DNA from: Myxococcota bacterium
GTDB lineage: Bacteria > Myxococcota_A > SURF-8 > G963663525
DNA: 64,000 nt
NCBI GenBank assembly: GCA_963676915.2
Contig: CAXXVK010000067.1
Location: forward strand, 128,001 to 192,000
Direction: 5' to 3'
Shown here: piece after piece, positions 51,722 through 59,395 of the stretch
How positions within the stretch are numbered: position 1 is the first letter of the stretch
How the letters are laid out: each line of letters begins with the position of its first letter
Made by a program: the position numbers and the translations under genes
The notes under the pieces: generated by a model
Databases searched by the model: none
Told to the model about the DNA's origin: nothing
Seen by the model: only the letters and a program-made list of their open reading frames with translations

Positions 51722-52642
51722 TTGAATGAAAAACGCAAGGAAACAACTTCACAATGGTTGGCAAACGTGAGACGTCGCAAACTGTTGGAGAACGCACGCG
51801 CACTCATCGAGCTTTTAGATGACGGGAAAGAAAAGCTCCATGGAGAATTCATCTTCGATAAACGGTACAATTTTGCGTTGATCGAACGACTCATTGAAAA
51901 AAGCGGGGAAATGGTATTCGATGCCAGCATTATGGTTCCCGAAAAAAGCGATCGGTTATGGGGGATGCACAGCAAATTGAGTCAAACGGTGGAAAAGTTG
52001 TTCCCCGACAACCGATACTCGTCGGTGCAAGATTCCGAAGCGTTCGACGGTCTTCCAGAGCTTCAAATGTTGTCGGATATCCTCGAATGGGCGGAAGGTA
52101 TACATGGTGACACCTCTATAATGAGTTTGATGAAACGGACTTTTGACAATGTGCATGACCTGCGAAACCAGAGGTCGATATCTTCGAACCTTCACAATTT
52201 ATCGAAATTCACCCTGGGCCATGATACGGTTCATTTGATGGATTTCGGCGGAGGTTTTTCGACATTGAAACAACGCGAAACGGTTAAGATAGACGAGATT
52301 GTCTGTCCTCCCCTTCGATATTTAGCCAAGCCATTCTCCGATTCATCGGAAAGCAATCGTCGTAACGAACCTGCCGAAATTTTTGCAACTGTCTCAGATA
52401 TTCATCTACACCTTCAGAATTTATCCGGCGATTCATCGTTTTTCTTAGATGCAACTTTTATGGGACACGGTGATTCCGATTTCATTTTTCTCTATTCGTC
52501 AGGAGAGCTGAATTCTCCTGAATTGTCAGATGATTTCCGTCTCGAAAAAACGAGAAATGGATGGATGGCATGGACCTATGGAATGGAGTCAAATGACCTA
52601 GCTAAGAAAATGGAACGTCTCAGTCAAATTCTTTTTCATTAA
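51722..52642 (+). CDS. Hypothetical protein resembling the N- and C-terminal parts of the dikinase-like protein
   Basis: AAGGAG RBS before TTG; segments parallel the 43741-46217 protein by eye (see findings); no ATP-grasp or swivel His. Confidence 0.6.
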   Translation: MNEKRKETTSQWLANVRRRKLLENARALIELLDDGKEKLHGEFIFDKRYNFALIERLIEKSGEMVFDASIMVPEKSDRLWGMHSKLSQTVEKLFPDNRYSSVQDSEAFDGLPELQMLSDILEWAEGIHGDTSIMSLMKRTFDNVHDLRNQRSISSNLHNLSKFTLGHDTVHLMDFGGGFSTLKQRETVKIDEIVCPPLRYLAKPFSDSSESNRRNEPAEIFATVSDIHLHLQNLSGDSSFFLDATFMGHGDSDFIFLYSSGELNSPELSDDFRLEKTRNGWMAWTYGMESNDLAKKMERLSQILFH

Positions 52643-52744
52643 AAATAGGTATACCCACTGCTGTCCGGTTAATCGTTGAATAATTCCAGCTGGTTACCGA
52701 TATACTCTTTTGTGGTATTGTAGTCTGGTGGTGTTAGAGCCTGT

Positions 52745-52893
52745 AAAAAAAAAGGGGTTCATCCGACTTTCGGACCCGTGCCACCCTTCGTCTTCAGGTG
52801 TTCCCATCGATAAAGCCAAATCATCACGGTTAAACAAGGTATCTCTCAAGATTTCGCACCTTTTTACTGTCCGCCCCAGGCGGCTGGCTTCTG
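52745..52893 (-). ncRNA. Candidate structured non-coding RNA
   Basis: TATAAT at 52899-52904 (minus), several stems, terminator-like hairpin plus T9; no convincing ORF. Confidence 0.45.
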
Positions 52894-53109
52894 TGTGAAT
52901 TATAAGCCGGTTGCTTTTCCTCGACATTTTTCTGCATAAACAAAAGTGTTTTCTCGGGGGAAGAATTGCATGGCCTATCGGCGATTAGCCCCAAAAACGC
53001 GCCTTTCTCAATCCGCAAAAACGTGTAAAAGTTGATGAATTACGGAGAAAAGGGTAGGTTGTCGAAAACGAACCCAGCCTACAACGACGAACAGTGACAC
53101 GGATCGAAC

Positions 53110-54501
53110 ATGGAAAAACGCACGTTGAACATTCTGATACTCGGCTTGGGAGGTGTCGGATATTACTTGGCCAAGCGACTGGCGAACGAAGGCTACAAGG
53201 TTACGGCCATCGAAGCCGATTCCGAGTTAATCCAGCGTGCCGATGGCGAACTGGATGCGCGGTTGATTCAGGGTAACGCCATGAGTTTCGACTGCTGGCA
53301 GGAAGCCAACGCCGAAAGCATGGATTACATGATTGCGGTGACCGATAACGACGCCGTAAACATTCTTGCGGCGTTGATCGCCGATCGTTGTGGAATTCGT
53401 AGGAAAATCGCCCGCGTGCGTTCTCTCGAATTGTGGCGTTCCAACCCACTGCTTTCGGCCAAAGACCTTCATATCGATCTGGTGATTCGCCCCGAAGAAC
53501 TGACGGCCCGAGAAATCGTGCGATTGTTGAAAATGAGCGCCGGAAACATTCTCATCGATATCGCCGAAGGGGAAATGCAGGTCGTTGCGACGCGCATCGA
53601 TGACGATTCGATACTGGTTCGACAAAAACTGATGGATATTTCACAGAAATATTCCGGGATCGATTTTCGTATCGTGTCCGTGGCTCGGGGAATCAATACC
53701 ATCATTCCCGATGGCGATTTTGAAATTCTTCCGCAAGATCAGGTGTTTATCCTGGCTCGTAGCGAAGAGATCCCAAAATTGATGGAATTGCTGAAGATTT
53801 CGCAGACCCGAAGACATCGTGTGATGATCGTCGGTGGCGGGTTGATCGGTAGTCGCGTGGCCGAATTGCTGGAGGGATCGTTTCCCGTGCGATTGGTCGA
53901 GCGGAACGAGGCGCGAGCCGTGGAGTTGAACTACAAACTGCACCGGACGGAAGTCTTGCACGGGGATGGCGCCGACGCCGACACCCTGGACAAAGCCGGG
54001 CTGATCAACATGGACACGATCATCACGGCTACCGGCGACAACGAAACCAACATCATGACCAGCGTATTGGCCAAACACCTGATCAAAGAGCACTCCCGTT
54101 CCGCGAAAACGCCGGAAGGCAAGACGATTGCTCTCGTACAGAAAGAAGAGTACCTGGTGTTGGCCGCGACGATGGGTTCGGACATTGTGCTGAACAAGAA
54201 AGTGTTGGCCAGTAACGAGATTTACAAGTATATCCGCCGTGGAACGTTGCTGAGCGTGGCTCATTTGCACGGTCTGGAGGCGGAAGTTCACGAGCTTGTT
54301 GCGCTCGATGGCTCGCCGATTACGAAAAAGCCGCTGTATCAGGTGGGAGGCATGAAAGGAAAAATCATCATCGGCGGAATCTTCAAAAACGGTTCCTGGG
54401 AAATTGCCGTAGGACGGACCCAGGTTTCGCCCGGTGACAGAATCATCGCGGTTTGTGCATCAGCCCATCTCAAAGATCTTCAAAAACTGGTTCTCGCATG
54501 A
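53110..54501 (+). CDS. trkA: Trk system potassium uptake protein TrkA
   Basis: Two RCK pairs with GLGGVG and GGGLIG NAD-binding motifs, AVTDNDAVN, TGDNETN. Confidence 0.93.
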   Translation: MEKRTLNILILGLGGVGYYLAKRLANEGYKVTAIEADSELIQRADGELDARLIQGNAMSFDCWQEANAESMDYMIAVTDNDAVNILAALIADRCGIRRKIARVRSLELWRSNPLLSAKDLHIDLVIRPEELTAREIVRLLKMSAGNILIDIAEGEMQVVATRIDDDSILVRQKLMDISQKYSGIDFRIVSVARGINTIIPDGDFEILPQDQVFILARSEEIPKLMELLKISQTRRHRVMIVGGGLIGSRVAELLEGSFPVRLVERNEARAVELNYKLHRTEVLHGDGADADTLDKAGLINMDTIITATGDNETNIMTSVLAKHLIKEHSRSAKTPEGKTIALVQKEEYLVLAATMGSDIVLNKKVLASNEIYKYIRRGTLLSVAHLHGLEAEVHELVALDGSPITKKPLYQVGGMKGKIIIGGIFKNGSWEIAVGRTQVSPGDRIIAVCASAHLKDLQKLVLA

Positions 54502-54559
54502 AACCTCTGGATAATCTTCAACGTAATGATAGTGCTCCCCATTTTAGCGAGATAGCGGC

Positions 54560-56020
54560 ATGAATCCACGTTCGATTGCCTATGTCATGGGATCGTTGCT
54601 GCTGATTACCGCAGGCGGTTTGCTGCTTCCCATTATCTGCACGCTGTTTTACGGAAATGAGGGCGATCGTCCGGCTCTGGTGATTTCCGCGCTGATTACG
54701 GCTGGGATCGGTTTGCCTCTGCGATTGCTGTTTTCCAAAAATCAGGACGATCTGGGCATGAAGGACGCGATTGCTATTGCGGCTTTCGGTTGGATTGTCG
54801 TCTCGGCGTTTTCGGCGCTGCCGTTTGTGATTCATGGCTCGATCCCTTCGTTTACGGATGCTTTTTTCGAGATGATGTCCGGTTACACTACCACCGGTTC
54901 GACCATTCTCGAAGATATCGAAGTCGTTCCCCACGGACTGTTATTTTGGAGAAGCACGACGCATCTGATCGGCGGCATGGGATTTCTGACGCTGACGATC
55001 CTGTTTTTGCCCCATGGAATGGGTGGATTGCGGATCTTCCGGGCCGAATCCAGTCCGGGACAGGTGATTACCAAGGAAAAGTTCGTGGCCCGTAATCGCG
55101 ACGCCATGACCTATCTTTGGGGAATTTATCTGTTACTGAACGTATTGGAAGTACTGCTTTTATGTTTGGGCGGAATGTCGCTGTTCGACGCACTTTGTCA
55201 CGCTTTCGGCACGGTTTCGACCTCCGGCTATTCTCCCTACAACGCAAGCGTAGGTCACTATAACAACGCCTATTTCGACTGGATCATTACCCTGTTCATG
55301 TTTCTCGGCGGCATGACGTTCATGTTGTTTTATCACATGGCACGTCGGGAGTGGCGTATTCTGACGATCAACACGGAGTTTCGTTGGTACGTGGGGTTCA
55401 TTCTGTTTTTCTGTGGAATGGTGACCTGGATTCTTTACAAAGAAGGTACTTACGACTTCTTCGATTCCCTGCGTTACGGATCGTTCCAGGTGATGTCCAT
55501 TCTCACCACGACAGGGTTTACCACGGCGGATTACGAACAGTGGCCGCAGGCGGCTCAGATGTTCCTTTACGCGGTTTGTTTCATCGGAGCCTGTGCCGGT
55601 TCGACGACCAGTGGCATCAAGGTGGTGCATTACGTCATTTTGGTCAAATTCATGATGTGTGCGATCAAAAAGATCTTTTTCCAACCCCTGGCGCTGGTAA
55701 GTGTACGTATCAACGACCGTCCCATCAGCCAAACCGTGGTTAATCTGGCGGTAAGTTATTTCGTCGTGAATATTTTCCTCGTTCTCGGAGGGGGATGTTT
55801 CATGGTGCTGGTCGATGATATGGATTACGTCACGGCGATGAGTTCGGTTATCGCGACGCTGATGAACATCGGTCCCGGCTTCGGCGAGATCGGTCCTTCG
55901 GAAAATTTCGCCCATATTTCGGATCTTGGCAAATGGTTTCTTGCCTACAACATGCTGATCGGTCGTTTGGAGATGTTTTCCGCTCTCGTGATTTTCTACC
56001 CGTCGTTTTGGAGCAAGTGA
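54560..56020 (+). CDS. trkH: Trk system potassium uptake protein TrkH
   Basis: FEMMSGYTTTG, TVSTSG, TTTGF, GACAGST.SGIK, NIGPG, GRLE selectivity-filter repeats. Confidence 0.95.
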   Translation: MNPRSIAYVMGSLLLITAGGLLLPIICTLFYGNEGDRPALVISALITAGIGLPLRLLFSKNQDDLGMKDAIAIAAFGWIVVSAFSALPFVIHGSIPSFTDAFFEMMSGYTTTGSTILEDIEVVPHGLLFWRSTTHLIGGMGFLTLTILFLPHGMGGLRIFRAESSPGQVITKEKFVARNRDAMTYLWGIYLLLNVLEVLLLCLGGMSLFDALCHAFGTVSTSGYSPYNASVGHYNNAYFDWIITLFMFLGGMTFMLFYHMARREWRILTINTEFRWYVGFILFFCGMVTWILYKEGTYDFFDSLRYGSFQVMSILTTTGFTTADYEQWPQAAQMFLYAVCFIGACAGSTTSGIKVVHYVILVKFMMCAIKKIFFQPLALVSVRINDRPISQTVVNLAVSYFVVNIFLVLGGGCFMVLVDDMDYVTAMSSVIATLMNIGPGFGEIGPSENFAHISDLGKWFLAYNMLIGRLEMFSALVIFYPSFWSK

Positions 56021-56061
56021 TACTCTTTTGCCGTGCGGCTATTGTCAAATGAGAAGGTAAG

Positions 56062-57195
56062 ATGGTTGATCAGCTCGAAAATAGTGAGAATAAAGTGAAT
56101 GATAAAAGATTCCATTGGGTGGACAATCTTCGGAGTTTCATGGTGTTTCTTGTCGTCGTGGGACATGGAAGCGTTGTTTATGAGCGATACGCGATGGGGA
56201 CCGATTGGTGGATCGTAGTCGATCCTGCGGGGAATGATTTTCCTGGAATTTTATATCTGATTTTGAATATTTTCGTTATTGCGACTCTTTTCTTTGTTTC
56301 TGGATTTCTGGCAATCCGTTCGCTAGAGCAGAAGATCGCTAGGGACTATATCTACGCCAAATTCAAACGTCTGATAATTCCTTGGTTTATTGCTGTTTTA
56401 ACCTTGATTCCAATCTATAAGATGATTTTTTTATATTCGCGAGGGATGCCTCAGGAGAATTGGATAAACTATTTTCATTGGAATTCCATCTGGAGTCAAA
56501 ATTGGCTTTGGTTTCTACCTGTCCTGTTTTTATTCGATATCGTTTTTCTTGGTCTTTCAAAGCTTCCTGTCCAGTGGACCTGGGTAACAATGAGGCGTGG
56601 GATATGGATTGCCATCCTTTTGTGCGTGATGGTTAGTTTTTCCATGGACTTTTTGGGTCTGCACGGTTGGACAAAGACCATCCTTGTCGACTTCCAGAAT
56701 GAACGATTATTCCTCTATTTCGTTGCTTATCTAATGGGAGCTTTAAGCTTTAAACAAAATGTATTTTGGGGGGATTGGAAACATAAAAAAATGGACCTTA
56801 TTCTCCATTGTACGGGTTGGATTCCTATCAATCTGTATTTGTTCATGTTGATCTATTCACTGATAAAACCTGATTCGCCCCTTATTTCCCAGATGTTTGA
56901 TACGCTACTCTTGAGGATAAACTTCGTCTTGGCGTTCGCCTATTTGATCTACGCAATGACGGTAAGTTTTAAACGGTATGTAGACAGAAAAGGAAGTATT
57001 TTAAACGAGATAAATGCAAATTCCTATGGTGTATACATCATTCACGTTGTTGTAATTGGTTTCATGGCGCTGGCTTTGCGGGATACAGGTCTTCCGTCTT
57101 TGATGAAATTGTTTCTGACGGTTGTCGTAACCTATTTGGTAAGTAATTTGTCTGTTTCTTTCTACAAGCGATTCATAGTGCGTACGTTTTCGTAA
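56062..57195 (+). CDS. Acyltransferase family 3 (OpgC/MdoC-like)
   Basis: DNLRSF...LVV.GH, LFFVSG, KFKRLIIP, LWFL..LF, SYGVYIIH. Confidence 0.85.
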   Translation: MVDQLENSENKVNDKRFHWVDNLRSFMVFLVVVGHGSVVYERYAMGTDWWIVVDPAGNDFPGILYLILNIFVIATLFFVSGFLAIRSLEQKIARDYIYAKFKRLIIPWFIAVLTLIPIYKMIFLYSRGMPQENWINYFHWNSIWSQNWLWFLPVLFLFDIVFLGLSKLPVQWTWVTMRRGIWIAILLCVMVSFSMDFLGLHGWTKTILVDFQNERLFLYFVAYLMGALSFKQNVFWGDWKHKKMDLILHCTGWIPINLYLFMLIYSLIKPDSPLISQMFDTLLLRINFVLAFAYLIYAMTVSFKRYVDRKGSILNEINANSYGVYIIHVVVIGFMALALRDTGLPSLMKLFLTVVVTYLVSNLSVSFYKRFIVRTFS

Positions 57196-57210
57196 AGTCG
57201 GTCTATTTCA

Positions 57211-57234
57211 GCCCGACATCAGGCAATGTCGGGC
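57211..57234. terminator. Hairpin after the acyltransferase (possible terminator)
   Basis: GCCCGACAT-CAGGCA-ATGTCGGGC perfect 9-bp stem. Confidence 0.45.
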
Positions 57235-57271
57235 AAGAAATAATATTCAAGCAAAACAACCTGAACAAACG

Positions 57272-57303
57272 AAAAACCGCGTCGGATCGTGGTTCCGACG
57301 CGG
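57272..57303 (-). terminator. Rho-independent terminator for the minus-strand genes
   Basis: CCGCGTCGGA/TCCGACGCGG 10-bp stem preceded by A5 (U-tract on the minus strand). Confidence 0.75.
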
Positions 57304-57361
57304 CTTCCCTGTTCGACTTCGGTATCGGAATCTACCATTCGATGCCGTTCGAACGTTCTCG

Positions 57362-57901
57362 TTACTCGCAGCCGATTTCGGCGGAGAAGTTGAACTCCAT
57401 CGCCTCGAAATCGGTAATATAAACGCCACCCGTACCCGGCTTGTAGTTATAGCCCTTGGTGGCGACGAGTTCGCTGGTTCCATCGAAATAATAGATCGTA
57501 TTGGAGCTTTGGCCGACCGGTTGAATGTCGGTTACGTCTGCCCCGTATTCATCGAGAGTGTCGGTGATGTAAGCCGCAATTGTGAGCTTGTACTGTTTCA
57601 CACCGGCTTCTTCGGACGTGGGTTCGATCGCGTTGGGAGGAGCACCTTGCACGTGGACTTCGTAGGTTGTTTCTCCTTCATTGGTTACGGCATACGCCGA
57701 GGCGATGGCGATACGCTGGTTGTTACCCGTTCCGTAAAAAATCACGGCAAGGTTTTCGGTCTGTTGGTTGACCAGGCATCCACCCAGTTTTCCGCTGAAC
57801 GTGAATTCATTGACGACCGTTTCGCTGTCGTCGCCACAGCCGAAACAAGAGATGATTCCCAACAACAGAACGAGCAATGAAAAGATGTGTCGTGGTTTCA
57901 T
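57362..57901 (-). CDS. Hypothetical lipoprotein
   Basis: GGAGG RBS, MKPRH + hydrophobic core + CFGC lipobox, then GDDSE. Confidence 0.75.
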   Translation of the reverse strand: MKPRHIFSLLVLLLGIISCFGCGDDSETVVNEFTFSGKLGGCLVNQQTENLAVIFYGTGNNQRIAIASAYAVTNEGETTYEVHVQGAPPNAIEPTSEEAGVKQYKLTIAAYITDTLDEYGADVTDIQPVGQSSNTIYYFDGTSELVATKGYNYKPGTGGVYITDFEAMEFNFSAEIGCE

Positions 57902-57936
57902 GAAGTTCCTCCAATATTTCGATAGATCTTGAAGAC

Positions 57937-58731
57937 TTAGATCGTTTCCGACCGTTGTGACATTTGCAAGCGCTTGTAGAGGTCCAGGCTTACTTCTTCC
58001 AGCATTTGAGCGCCGTTGCATCGGGGATCGTAATCCCAGATCGTTTGACCGTGACTCTGGGCTTCGTCGATACGCACGTTGATGCGTACCAGTGTATCCG
58101 CCGCTTCACGGGGAAAATGTGCTCGCAGGCGCTCGATGATTTCGTCCGCCAAGCGTGTGCGACGGTACATCATCGGAACCACCAGCGTCAACTTGGGTTT
58201 CGATTCGGGGTGTTTTTCGCGGGTTTCTCGAATGGTATCGAGGATTTCCGCGCATCCGTCGAGAGACAGATAGGTTGGTGCAACAGGCACCACGATATCG
58301 GTAGCCGCAACCATGATGTTGCGGGTTATCAACCCGAGCGATGGGGGAGAGTCGATAAAAACGTAATGATACTCAAGGGGTTTTAAGCGTTCGAGCAACT
58401 GTACGAGTTTCAGCTCCCGATCTTTGTAGCGTGCCATGCGTTCGGGATATTCGGACAGTTTTTTTCCCGCGCAGATGACATCCAAACCTTCCACATGGGT
58501 AGGCATCAGAGCTTCGGCTAGTTTCGAACGCTGGTTCATCAACAAATCGGCGGAAGTGGACTGCAACAGGCGGGTATTGAAGCCCAACGATTTACCGGCG
58601 TGCCCCTGGGAATCGAGATCCAGCAGCAGCACACGTTTCTTTTTGAACCGGGCGAAATAGGAACTGAAATTCACGGCAAGGGTGGTTTTTCCCGTTCCCC
58701 CTTTTTCGTTGATAATGGCGATGACGCGCAT
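57937..58731 (-). CDS. ParA/Soj family ATPase (no parB adjacent)
   Basis: NEKGGTGKTT deviant Walker A, LLDLDSQG, IDSPPSLG, RINVRIDEAQSHG. Confidence 0.92.
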   Translation of the reverse strand: MRVIAIINEKGGTGKTTLAVNFSSYFARFKKKRVLLLDLDSQGHAGKSLGFNTRLLQSTSADLLMNQRSKLAEALMPTHVEGLDVICAGKKLSEYPERMARYKDRELKLVQLLERLKPLEYHYVFIDSPPSLGLITRNIMVAATDIVVPVAPTYLSLDGCAEILDTIRETREKHPESKPKLTLVVPMMYRRTRLADEIIERLRAHFPREAADTLVRINVRIDEAQSHGQTIWDYDPRCNGAQMLEEVSLDLYKRLQMSQRSETI

Positions 58732-58761
58732 GGTTCGTGGTCCCCGTTTACGGTCCGAAGA

Positions 58762-59151
58762 TCAGGATTTCTCCGGCGTGGCTTTGGTTTTGGCCTTGGT
58801 CTTGGTTTTTCGAACGGTTTTCGGTTTTCCCAGTTTGTCGAGTTTTTCCAGAACGAGATCGAGTTTTCCGTCCATTTCCGCCAGACGTTCTTCGATCGCG
58901 TAGAGTTGTTCGCCCAATTCCTCGTGCTCGGCTTGCAGTGTTTCCACATCTTCCTTGGCGGCGATGGGAAGGCGTTCCAAAGCATTTTGCAACTTGGATT
59001 CGAATTGATTCCTTGCTTCCAAGGAAGTCGTAATCACGCGCTGTACGCCGTTGCGAAAATGTTCGTTGCCCAGGAGCAGGGCTGCCATCGACCCGACCCA
59101 TTCGGACGTGGCCTGAAAAACGTCGGAGTCGGACGACTTGTTGGAATCCAT
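58762..59151 (-). CDS. Phasin/PhaE-C-terminal-like coiled-coil protein with Lys-rich tail
   Basis: ALERLPIAAKEDVETL...L..IEERL coiled coil followed by KPKTVRKTKTKAKTKATPEKS. Confidence 0.55.
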   Translation of the reverse strand: MDSNKSSDSDVFQATSEWVGSMAALLLGNEHFRNGVQRVITTSLEARNQFESKLQNALERLPIAAKEDVETLQAEHEELGEQLYAIEERLAEMDGKLDLVLEKLDKLGKPKTVRKTKTKAKTKATPEKS

Positions 59152-59395
59152 AGCACCACCATCAACAGGGAGTAAAAAATCGTGGGGAGTATGGCATTTT
59201 TTAAAAGGTGCGGCAAGGAAATTACGAGAATCGCCCGAACCGGCGGTGGAAAATTTAAAAACTTCGATATCTTACCTGTACCATTTGCAACATGTTGAAA
59301 TAAAAGCTTTATTTCTCTCTTGGAGAAGAGAGGCAGAATGCGTGGGAAAGCGGTTGTTCGAACCTTCCTTTCCGATTCCCTGTTGCGTGATGGTT

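Noticed and set aside
52760-52800. Hammerhead-like CTGAAGA...GAAA on the minus strand
   Set aside because: Stem II cannot close correctly and I found no suitable stems I/III with an NUH cleavage site.
52790-52865. TPP-riboswitch resemblance (AAGGTG...TGAGA.ATACCTT...GGGAA on the minus strand)
   Set aside because: Lacks the CUGAGA/P3 and CCUGA-UC...UAAU-CC-GCG-AGG core, and no thiamine gene lies downstream.
21460-52900. A single intact prophage or ICE spanning the accessory region
   Set aside because: No structural, conjugation or intact integrase genes and no att-like direct repeats were found; only remnants.
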